Origin: Lepidodermella squamata
Taxonomy: Eukaryota > Animalia > Gastrotricha
Length of the DNA stretch: 64,000 nt
Assembly (NCBI GenBank): GCA_047495785.1
Contig: JBLDXI010000009.1
Span: 4,340,001 to 4,404,000 of the forward strand
Direction of reading: 5' to 3'
Numbering within the stretch: position 1 is the first letter of the stretch; each line of letters opens with the position of its first letter. The notes below the pieces were generated by a model. That model made no database searches. It worked only from the letters and a program-made list of their open reading frames with translations, and had not been told where the DNA came from. Positions 12,323 to 23,770 of this stretch are shown piece by piece. Made by a program: the position numbers and the translations under genes.

Positions 12323-14994
12323 ATGCGGCAAGCGGCGAAAAAATGTTTGACTGCCGTGCTAATAGCCGAATCAATTTTCATCGGATGTGGTATGCTTTTC
12401 TTTTCCAGCTCAGAATGCTAAATGATAACCTTCCCATCCAAGTTGTTTCACTGGAAAGCGCTGACGTTCAGAGGGAGACGAGCAGCCTTGATCTTGGCGA
12501 CAGCGGCGTTACGATGTGCCCGGCGTTGCAAACGCTACCGGTCCAGGGCACGATAGGGTTTTACGTGTTGTTGAATGACCAAGTTATCAGCAACGGAACA
12601 GCCAAAGATCTCGGCGAGCCAAAATCAGTTGGCACAACTTTTCAAATGTATTGCAGCAACAGCCGTATGGACTCTCACGTTCAGCTCTGCGGCTCGGATG
12701 GTCAATGGAAGAGAAAACGGGCCTGGAATTTATTCGACAATAGGGGCAATAGTGGTAACAAGGAAAGCAACGGAAAAAAGGTGAATGCCGGAACTATCGC
12801 AGAAACCGTGAGTAACGGAATTATGGGGAGCAACAGCAACAGCGGCCCCAGCCTCAAAAGCAGAGCAAAATATGGCGATTCTGGAGATAGTGGAAATAGC
12901 GGCAACAGCGGCAACAATGGAAATGGGGACAGCAAGGAAAAGGAACGAGTATGTTGCGAGGGAGGTAAATTGCTCCGCTGAATCTCAATTTCACTATATT
13001 TCGTCACCGCTAGCTTTATGTGACAACGGCAAGCTGTGTAAGAATAATGAGTGCAGTGGAAATGCGCCGTCGCAAGCACCACAAAGACAGAGTCTTGCCG
13101 AGTTAAGCTGCCAGGCGCTCAAAGATAGCCAAAACCCGATTTTCACGTTAGTACCAGCAGTCGGTTCGCCCACAGTCAGCGATAAGGAGAACAGCCCAGG
13201 TTCAACCTTTACAACAACGTGCCTTAAAGTTGCAAAGCCACTGGGCCAAGTGACATGTCAGAAAAACGGCTTCTACTACCCAATTAAGGCTTATTGCTGC
13301 CAGCCATGTGAGTTTCGAAATATCTTAAGAATAGTTCAATTAACATCTGAACAATTTAGCTGACTGTCAAAATGGCGGGACGTGTGATAGTAAAACCAAT
13401 CTATGCGTCTGCGCCGGTGAATACAGGGGCGGCTATTGCGATAAGAAGAAAGGTAAAATACTAAGTTTTTCGAAATATATGCCCTCATCAAATGATCGCA
13501 ACAGGTGACAGGGGCTATGGCGATGATGGTAATTCGCAGTCGGACACCACAAATCGGCTAACAGGCGTGGTCACAACGGCAGAATCATCGGATTTGTCGA
13601 CAGTCGAGGCTGATGAGGAGCAGACAACGCAGATCACCGAAGAATCTACTAAATCGCCCGCAAAGCAAAGCGATTTGACAACAGTTAAACCAACAGCGAA
13701 GCTTGTTGAGCACGACTCTGTGACCGTTCCTCTTGAAACGCAAAAACCCCCAATCAGCGGAGGATTAGTAACGGCGAAAGGTTCTGAGGGCCAAGGAATA
13801 ACCCAGAAGAAAGCTGATGATAAGGTATCAACTGTGAAGCCTGGCGATATAACAACGGCTCCAGTTAACAAAGCGACGCAAAAGGCCGTTGAAACTAGTC
13901 AGGAGAAACCAGCTGGCCAGCAGCAAAGTAAAAGGCCTGACGAGTCTTGGGCTGGTGCGACTGATAAACCAGCTTCCAAAGCGGCTGAAGCAGGTGTCAC
14001 CGCGGCCTCAAAGGCGGCTGAAGTGAATTCTGCTGTTTCAAAAGCAGCTGAAACGAATTCTGCGGTTTCAAAGGCGGCTGAAGTTAAGCCTTTAAATGTA
14101 GGTGTCACAGCTCCTTCGAAAGCGGCTGAAGCAAATTCTGCAGTTTCAAAGTCCGCTGAAGCGAATCCTACAAATGCAGGTGTCACCTCGGCTTCAAAAG
14201 CGGCTGACGCTGCAGCTGCAACTGATGAAGCGCAACAGCCAAAATACCTGATAAGTAATTATCTCCGCCTTTGAAAACAGCATCACCACATTTCCTTTTC
14301 AGAGGTAAACGCCAGGCTGAGGGTTAAACAGGTCAAAATTCCCCGTTCGGTCTATGCTGGCAGCAAAATTGTGAGGCGAGCAACTGGAGACGAGCAGGTT
14401 TCAATCACCGGCAATGACACGGCTGTATTCGCTGATAAAGACAGCGAGGCTTACAAGGCGGTTAAAAAGGTTTTCATGGAACAACTGCTGAAAATGTATG
14501 CCGATATGGGGCTGCCTATGACTGAGCAAGATCTGGAAATTGTTGACTTGAGGTAAGTGGCTAGAAAGTGAGCATGATTGATTGCATTCTGCTTCTTTGA
14601 AGTGGTCTTTATGGGGAAATAACAGCGGACTATTCAGCTAGCGTAACATCAAACCAGCCGCTCGACAAAGCCGCTATTAATGAGAAAGTTGATAAGGCTA
14701 TCAAGAAATTGGATGATGCGGGAACATTCGACATTTTCGGCCCTGATGGGGTCACTGATTATGGCATAACTGACCTTATTGCAACGCCCATGGACTCAGT
14801 CAATGGAAACAATGCGGCTGCTGCTAGCAAGAACAATAAGAAAAGCTCAGCTACGCGAGTCGTTTCAACGGTGTTCCATGGTAAAATCATTTATTACTAG
14901 TTATTTGATAGCTCTTCAATTGTACTTCTTTGCAGCGGCTCTGCTGACTCTATCGTGGGCCTTGGTTAGCGCCCTGCTACAGCTGGACATATGA
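12323..14994 (+). CDS. Array gene D: 2 sushi-like modules, EGF, Thr/Ala stalk with SKAAE repeats, SEA-like, hydrophobic tail
   Basis: MRQAAKKCLTAVLIAESIFIGC; [28 protein letters not shown]; VFADKDSEAYKAV..MYADMGLPMTEQDLEIVDLR; ends ALLTLSWALVSALLQLDI*. Confidence 0.82.
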
Positions 14995-15700
14995 AACATA
15001 TTTCTGACAAAGATACGTACAATTTTTCGAGCGTTGAGTAGTTATTGGTGCAATTGGTTTCCTTCTCATTGTTGAAGTAAACTTCCTTCTGATTTCAAGT
15101 TACAGATGTTCCCATTTTATATCAAACTGAAAGTCTTCTGGGCTGAGATCTATTTTGCGCCGACGGATTGTTAATATGCTCTTTGCTCTAGCGAGATAAC
15201 GCAGAGGTTCAGGGAAAGGAATCGTGTATAGATTTCCAAGTAGGAACCACTGCAACAGCACGGCAATTTATGCGTTATTCCAGAATATTTCCACCGTGAT
15301 CCAGTTCAGATTTTTCAGAGCAGTTTCATACGATTGAATAAGCTTTTTTCCTGAAGAGGTCGAAAGGAATGCATGAAAATGCATGCTACGCTGTTCACAA
15401 TCCACAGGTTCGAATCCTTATTTTCCATTCCTAATTTTTTCTCGTTCCAGGTCTGCAAGTCTTTTACGTAAGCAGAGTTGCAGCAAAATTAATTATTGAT
15501 TTATGGGTCTAAATATTTTTCACACATTGCTTTCGCTGCAGCTGCTTTATTGCTTGATTTATTAGATTAAACACTGAAAATAGAAGCGAACAAATAAAAC
15601 TTGCGGAAATTTGAAACGAATTCTGGTGACGTTGCGCGTGTTTCAAATAAAACCTTTGAATCAAAAGCCATACATCTATCCTTTCGTCCTCCTTTTCCAG

Positions 15701-17842
15701 ATGTTTCGCTTCAAGATGTTGAAGGTATCCGCGTTTCTCGCTGCAGCAAGTTGCCTGGGTAAGTTCAGTAAGAGAAAAATATTGTATTTTAAAACCAGTC
15801 ATGTGAACAGCTTATGCGGCCAACCAAACTTCGATCAACACGACAACTCCTAAACCACTGTATTCGAACGTTGGGAATGCAACATCGAAAATACTCAGCC
15901 CTTCTAACACGACTGCCAACTCGACGATGACAACTGGTGCATTGGCTATTTCAAATACTACGTCACCACGAGCGCTCACCAGCGCAACCACCAGAAGCGT
16001 AGTGACAACCCCTGCGAAAGCAATCTACACAACGGCTAATTATTTCCAGGATACAACTCCAGCCACTCAGCGAACGACACCTCGTCCCACCGCGAATTCA
16101 ATGGGGACAAAATCTGCTGGAAGCATTGGAACTTCTGGGCTGAATACTGACATTCTCACAACACCGGGCAAAGCTGGGATCTCGGGCTTGACTTCACCAC
16201 GAGCTCCCAACCCTACAACAAATGGAAACATGATGACAACTCCTGCGAAAGCCATCTATAATACGGCTAATTCTTTCGACGGAACGACAGTACGGACGAC
16301 CCCTCGACCCACTGCGAATTCGATGGGAACAAAATATGCTGGTAATTCTGGGATGAATACTGACATTCTCACGACACCAGGAAAAGGTGGGATCTTGGGT
16401 TTCACCTCACCACCCAACACAGCATCGATCGGTAAAATAATGACCACTGATCTGAAAGCCAATTCTGCTGCGGCTAATGCCGTCGACGATCGTACGGTTG
16501 GAACGACCCCGAAAGCCACTGCTCGACCTGCCACGGGGCTAACAACAAAGCTGCCTGGTACTACTGGGCTGAATTCTGCTATTTCGACATCGACCATCGC
16601 TCGGCTTATGACGACTGCAAAAGGTGGGGAATTCATGGGAACAACCACTCGAAAAACGGCAAGAACGAGCTCAGTGACCGACAGCTCGGACATTGAAACA
16701 ACCGAAGTGACAACTACGGAAGACGACTTAGCAGCAGAGATCACTACCCCTCAAAAACAAGGCTCGCAAACTACGACTCGACGCGGCATTGTAACGACTG
16801 CGCCCGCTGACAACAACAAAGTGGTTACTACAATTCGTGGGGGCAAAGAACGAGAAACGATTACTTCGAACCCTCCTGGTATCGTAACCTCAGCCCCCTC
16901 AAGCTTGATTAGATCTAGCTTGCGGAATGACGCTGCCTCCTCAGTTCAAAATTCGGTTACTACAGCAAAGATGATTGGAAGAGTCTCCCAAACTGACCCA
17001 GCTAGTGGTACCTCGCTATCGCAGGGGGGAAATTCAGGATCTACTCCGCCGAACACGGTTAGTACTGCAACAGCTAAGAACACATCAACTCCAGCGAAAA
17101 AGTACATCAACCGTAAGTTGAAAGCTAATAATCGATGAATAGAGGTTTGAACTGGTTTCCAATACAGGACTCGGGGGTATTCTGATGTCTAAGAAATGCT
17201 TCATACCGAGGTCAACGCTGAAGATCAATCGTAAGCGGGACGCGGATATGATCGCTGTGAATGCAAGCGACCCAGCTTTGCTCGACCGAAACAGTGCTGT
17301 CTATAAAGCGGTCTCAGACGCTTTCACTGCTCAGCTGCTTAAAATTATGCAACAGGTCGATCCAACTTCAACATCGAAAAGTATTGAGAACCTTGCGATA
17401 CAAATCGAGTAAGCCATGATAAAGGTATCGAATTATTTAGCAATATTTTCTACCGTAGTCCCATGGTCGATCTTCTGATTGCAAACTATACGGCGGCTTT
17501 GCGAACTGATCTCACTGATCCTTCTGAAAAGGTCTCATCCGTGATTCAAACTCTCCAAAGTTCTGGAGCATTCAATGACGTGTTTGGTAGCAGCCCACTC
17601 ACCTCTGCCATTTACAGCGTCGAATCGAAAGAGAATGACATGGTTAGCAGCGTTTCGTCGGTAGGCACTGGATCAATCAACATAAAATGGAATTCAGCGG
17701 TCAGCAACATGCAGGGTAAGTAACAACTATTGATTAAGTTCAGAATTATTTTTCGATGTTGACTATGAAATTTCCAGCTTGCGTAGCGACAATAATTCTC
17801 GCAGCTGCCGCTTCGTTCTTCGTTCTTATTCCAGAAAACTGA
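15701..17842 (+). CDS. Array gene E: long Thr-rich mucin with one SEA-like domain and a hydrophobic tail
   Basis: MLKVSAFLAAASCL; >400-aa Thr-rich exon; NRKRDAD; LLDRNSAVYKAV; ends ACVATIILAAAASFFVLIPEN*. Confidence 0.82.
16005..16410 (+). repeat. Internal coding duplication in gene E
   Basis: Two copies of TTPAKAIY.TAN.F...RTTPRPTANSMGTK.AG..G.NTDILTTPGK.GI.G.TSP, followed by a degenerate third. Confidence 0.85.
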
Positions 17843-18320
17843 TGACGATGAAATTAAACGTCGAATATCCAGATGTGACCAGTGAACACAAAATGTATAT
17901 ATTTATCTTCATTTTCCCATTTTCTTTCTGTTAAATATAATTTTATTCATTTCAAATTTCGTCTTTTCATCAATGAGAAAATAAACTTCTTCGGTGTCGT
18001 GCAGCACTAAAGGTGTGGAAGATGCCTCGCTTATCACTTATCATCTTCAAGCAATATTTTTAATGTCCATTTAGATTGCAGATATTCATCTTATAAAGTT
18101 CTACCACGTGTAATTCTCACAAAAATACATCTCGTTTGTTAACATTTAAGGTCCAAGCCGGAAAATTCAACATAGCAGTGTTTACAAAGTTGGTTGAAGC
18201 GAATAATAATTGGGGAATGGAAGAAATAACACATTGTTTGCCTAATTAAATATAAGATTTTCGAAAGTTAAGCCATGGCGAAACCACTCACATTTCTTTC
18301 GGCAGCATTTCCACAACATA

Positions 18321-20065
18321 ATGCCTTATTTCAAGGTAATTATTTTTTTGATCCATTTGGTGGCGGTGTTAGGTAACAACCTTTGACATTACCTTAGCAG
18401 GAATTTTTAGAAATGTCTTCCTAGCCGATGAATCTTCCGGCCAAAAACCTTGCCAACCTCTGAAGGAAAGTCCCCTGAAAGGCTCTATCGGCTACTTCAA
18501 GTTCATAGGGTATGTAGCGGTGCCGATCAATGAACATTCCGATATTTTAGAGGGTCAAATTCACGAAACCACATACGCTTACTACTGCAGTCAGAATGTG
18601 ACTGATTACGAGGTGATATCTTGCAAAAATGGAATCTGGAAATATGGTAAACGTACATGCTGCGAGGGAGGTAGGCATTGTATAAATTATCCATAGTTCT
18701 TGGAAGAATCAACTCTGCTTTCATTAGCTACATGTGGTCCAGGTTTATTATGCTTGAATAATGAGTGTCAAAAATCAACTGTCCCACCGCCTATCGAAAT
18801 TAGCAAAAAGTTGACGCCATGGAACTGTTATCCCTTGAAGTACTTGGACTCACTAGAGCAGTTCAACTTCTACTGGAATGACTCGTCAATGATTACGCGT
18901 TTAGATTCGCAGCGACCACCTTATGAGAAATTTAACATGACGTGCAGGAACAACCAGTCTGCATCGTGGGGAGTTCAGTGCCATCCCTCGAGCTACTATA
19001 ACCCAAGGCCCCCAGTTTGCTGCAATTCTTGTAATATATTTCCCTTTATGCTTTTCCATCTTAAAAACACCTCTCATTCCCATAGCGGTTTGCCAGAATA
19101 ACGGCACTTGTTTAAATGGCGTCTGCCAATGTCCGCCAGGATACAATGGAGCCTTCTGTGAAAAGGCGCATAGTATGTTCACAACTGTAATTTTCACAGA
19201 AACTGACGGATACATTTTCTGAATGAAAGATGCCACGAGGAACCCCTTGCCTGAATCAACATCATCGTCGAAAATTCCTGGAAACGTAAAAGAGCTAACA
19301 ACTATATCTGCGACCAGCACGACACAGATTCTACCTTTGAAAGCTTTTAAATCACGTTAGTCTCCTACTGATCGATATTGTCCAGCTTAATAAGAAGTCT
19401 TACAGGTATCAGTGGCAAGCTAGCCACAAAGCAAATCAAAATACGACAAACCTCGGCTAGTAGTGGCAAACGGAGAAGAAATGCTGATCTGACAGCGGTT
19501 GACGCGAGCAACCCCGGCCTCGCCGATAAGAACAGCGACATTTACAAGGCTGTTAAGGATACTTTCAACGACCAGCTGATTGGAATTTTCAAGAAAATGG
19601 GCATCACTGTGACGGCGAAGGATCTTGAAAGCATGGAAATTGAGTATTTTTAGGGATTTAAGTTTCATCAACTTGTTATAAGATTGCTTTCTAGTGCATC
19701 TCTTGGAGAGATTGCCGCAACTTACACCGCGGTAGTGACGACTGACAAGGAGACCACTCTGGAAGATATTAAGCGGTCGGTTTCTTCAGCTGTAGATTCG
19801 CTGGAGAAGGAGGGCTTTTTCGCCGATGCATTCGGATCAAATGGGTTGCAGTCCGACATTCTGTCTCTCAAAGTTATTAATGAAGGGGGTAACACAGCTG
19901 GTACGGGGTCTGTAGCCGTATCCAGTGATGGGAAGGTGAAAAAGAATACCGCAGAAACCAATTCTCATAGTAAGCAAGATTACTGCCATTTCGAGGTAAT
20001 AATATTTTCATTATCTAGAAACTTGGCTTGTTGCGATAGCGGCATTTTATGTTATGGCAGCCTAA
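18321..20065 (+). CDS. Array gene F: 2 sushi-like modules, EGF, SEA-like, hydrophobic tail
   Basis: MPYFKVIIFLIHLVAVL; GIWKYGKRTCCEG; EGF CQNNGTCLNGVCQCPPGYNGAFC; GKRRRNAD; ends TWLVAIAAFYVMAA*. Confidence 0.82.
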
Positions 20066-20690
20066 TAATTAGTGGGACGACTCTTCGGCAAATCATGGAC
20101 TTTCTCACGCTTATTCATCACCCTTTACCTATTTTGATTCATTCAAATTCACTATCACGAAACAAAAAAATAAAAAGGGTTTCCGTTTGCTCGGTGCCTA
20201 CTCATGACACAATGGATTCGTTGCCTTACAAGTCCATGTTTTGAGAGTCGAGGTGGAACATGGAGGTGTTTTCACCCTGAGATAATGCTCGTGCCATCCG
20301 GAACTAACGAAATATGTGATGTTCGGTATTCTTGCTACAGCAATTTTTCTTTGCGTTAAAACTAGCTTGGGTCTAGTCCTTAGATCTGGGCCGTTCAGAT
20401 AAATCAAACGTGCCTTTTTGAATGTTCTTCGCTTCAAATTCGATCATCTAAAGGCTGCTTTAATCAATGTTGGAAAGTTTTTTCGCTCGAAAACAAGCCG
20501 CTCTCAACGTGCAAAATATTTGACAAGTTTCACCATCCCGGATATTATATTGCAATGACGCAAAGAGGACCAGCTCGAAATAGCTCCATGAAAGAATTAA
20601 TAATTTTTATCAGCTTTATTCCAAATTCGCGATCCTCCTCGACACTCGCTCGAATACATTCGCGAGGAGAGCTGGAACTCTGAGGTTAAA

Positions 20691-22406
20691 ATGAAAACAA
20701 TTTCTACTTTTTTTATACACCTTTGGATGCTAGGCACTCTAAGTTAGCTTAAGTTTTATAATATGGCAATATTTCAATTATTTGGTATAGTGTGCTGGGC
20801 GCAAGTCGCTAAGCCGTCGAACATGGCCCCCGAAACATCTATGCAGGCTCGAGATGACAACAGCGTTGGCGAAGGCTCTTCAGCCATAACCGGAGGCTTT
20901 GTCGTCAAACAAGTCCTGATTACCAAGTCCCTGGGAGCGACCTCTGACCTCACTGTGACATCCAAGGATACAGGAATCTTTGCAGATAAAACTAGCATGA
21001 CTTACACGATTTTGACCTGGGTTTTCGCTGATCGAATTCAGACGACGTATCTTGCTCTGGGCTTGAACGTGACTCAAAAAGACATCATAATCTCGAATAT
21101 ATCGTATGTTTAAACAAAATTTAAGTTGAAGTAAAGTAGCAATATTGTTTTCCAGGTCATCCCGCAATTTTGTCGTTGCAAATCACTCTATCATGATCAG
21201 AAGTCAACCCCCACCAGTTGATGCTGTCAGACAATTCGTTCTCCAGCAAACAAAGAAAATGGAAAACCAAGGTTTCTATGACAGGTTCTTTGGTAAGGAT
21301 GGGTTCGTAGGCCTAGATATACTCGCGATCGATGCTGTGAACGAGGTTGTTCCGCCGCCTGAAAATTCGCCAGTTGAAGACAACGGCTTTGGAGGAGACA
21401 CGAGTTATGCCACCCACCAACCAGCGATCCGTTCTTCGCCGAAATCCCAGAACTGGGAGACAAATCCAAGTCAAACTGAGAAGCCTGCTGCTGTTGCGAA
21501 TCAGGTCGTAACAGACAAACAGCCTGCAGTCAAAGCAACAAACGCACCCCAAGTTACCTCTAAGTTCAAGTCCCGTTAGGTCAAAAACAGTCATAGTTTA
21601 CTTTTTTACACAAGTCGCTTTTTTGAAGGTGTGGTTGGTAAAATGACTGTGAAGCAAGTTATAATTTCCAAACCGGCCTCAACTAGTAGACGCAAGAGGC
21701 AGACGGCATCTTTGAGTGCAACTGATGTTGCTGCATTGGATAAGAATAGCGAAACTTACAAAGCCGTGAAACAGGTTATCATCGAACAACTGATAGCTAC
21801 CTACCAGCAGCTGGGCGTCCCAATGACAGCTCAAGATCTCGACAACGTCGAAATCACGTTAGATTTCATGTTTGATCTGTTTAACTTAACTCTATGGAAC
21901 CTTTCTCATTGCACAGAACAGCAGTCGATAGGATCATTGCTGATTACGCAGCCATTATCAAGACGGACAATCAACTGAGTCTCGATCAGATAAAACAATT
22001 GGTTTCCATTACCATAAAGCAGCTCCAGAATAAGGATTTCTACAAGTCAGCTTTTGGAACTGATGGAGTCACAGCGTTTGATATCATGGATGTAACCAAT
22101 GGAGGCGCAATGGTTGAAAGATCACCTGAATCAACGCCACAGAGAAACTCTGGCGAGCTGAGCAAAGGTTCGACTACTTCAGGACCTGAAAATCATGTTG
22201 GTGATATGAATAAAAGTTCGACTGCTTCAGCGGTTGAGAATACCTCTGGCGAGGTGAGTAAAGGATCAACTGGTTCAATACCCAAGAAGAACTCTGTGGC
22301 AACTATCAAAGGTTAGCCTATAAGAAATACTGAGCTTCACTAACAAGTAATTTTCTTTGCAGCTGGATGGATTACGATTGCTGCCATTATTTTGTTATCA
22401 GCTTAA
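20691..22406 (+). CDS. Array gene G: two SEA-like domains, no Cys modules
   Basis: MKTISTFFIHLWMLGTL; IFADKTSMTY and LDKNSETYKAV; SRRKRQ; ends GWITIAAIILLSA*. Confidence 0.8.
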
Positions 22407-22984
22407 CTACATTTAAACAGAGAAACATTCTCATGTTATACTTAGGAAGCATAGACATAGGAACGAAAACAGCACTTGGAATTAAACTTTCATAATTTTA
22501 GGCAGTTTGCTTCATATTTTCCGGCTATTGTAAATAAATTTCCTCGCATGCGTATCTCTCGCTTTCAAAATTCCTAGGCGGCGTTCCAAAGTTTTTATGG
22601 GTTATCGAAAAATCGTTAATATTTCTTAGCGCAGCCGAACCTGACTACAGTGAAGATGATTTCAACTCTCTTATTTTATCAGGGTGAAAATTTCAATCAT
22701 CAAACTTTTTTACGAGACTTCAAGCTTAGTATTCCCGCATTCATCTGCTGAATTAAAAACGAAGCTATAAGCATGAAAAAGGATGGGTTGCGTTGTGACA
22801 GGCTTTTTCTGGTAAATTGTCTGTAAACAACGTAATAGACAAAATGTAATTGGGAAGTTGTATCAATGCGCAATTTACACCTCTGAATTCACAAAATCAC
22901 TGTTTCCCTCTCATTAATTGTAGACGCGAAAACTAGTCTAAAATTCTTTTTCATTTAACAGCAGATTCACAGCTTGCTTTGGTT

Positions 22985-23277
22985 ATGTTCAGCTTCTTGC
23001 TTCAATTTGCGGCAATCTTTTTGAGCATATTAGGTACGCTCAGTGCTGATTTTGGTTTATTCCGCTTGAAGAATTATTTCCTCAGCCTCTAGATCCTTTG
23101 GTCAATCAAGCTTTCCCCTCGGTGGGTTTCAACTCAAAGAATCGATTGCCCAAAGCCTGTTTTCAGCAGGCCAATCATTGCCAATCGAACAATACATCAA
23201 CTATTTTTTCGGGTAAAAACTACTTATGGGCATTGTCAATTAAACATCTGACGAATCATTCCTTTTACAGCTGGTAG
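22985..23277 (+). CDS. Small secreted peptide (~60 aa, 3 exons), absent from the ORF track
   Basis: MFSFLLQFAAIFLSIL|ASRSFGQSSFPLGGFQLKESIAQSLFSAGQSLPIEQYINYFFG|W*, joined by two GT-AG introns of locally typical size. Confidence 0.6.
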
Positions 23278-23770
23278 ATGAATCCAGCATGCTTGAAGCT
23301 TGAATTCTGTATGAAGACTTTTTCCGGATCAGACCATGCATCATGTGCACTTTCTCTGATAAGTAACTGTGTTAAAGGCGATCTGTTCAGGTTTTCTAAA
23401 ATCGACTCCAATAGAAATCGATCCGCACTATTGTTGAAGTAGCTGTTATTGCTTGGAAAGATTTCAATTATATCTTGTGAAACTGTCGTTATTATTTGCC
23501 GGAATATAAAAGAAGTCAAAGTGACCCTTCGATGAAGAAAAGTAATTAAAACTTGTGTTTTTTTCCAGAACTTCGCTCTTTTTTTTTTCCTTGCAGCAGC
23601 AAACGCTGTTTTCAGCTTATTTTAATTGCCAAATAAGGGTGGGCGGAGCATAGTTTTCAAGTTGATAATTGCAAGTATGCCAAAATTTCACTCGAGTTTA
23701 CCTTCAATTAGAGAATTCTGAGAAAGGCCCCGACGTGCTGCAGATTTTCATCCGATTAAAACTGGAAAAA

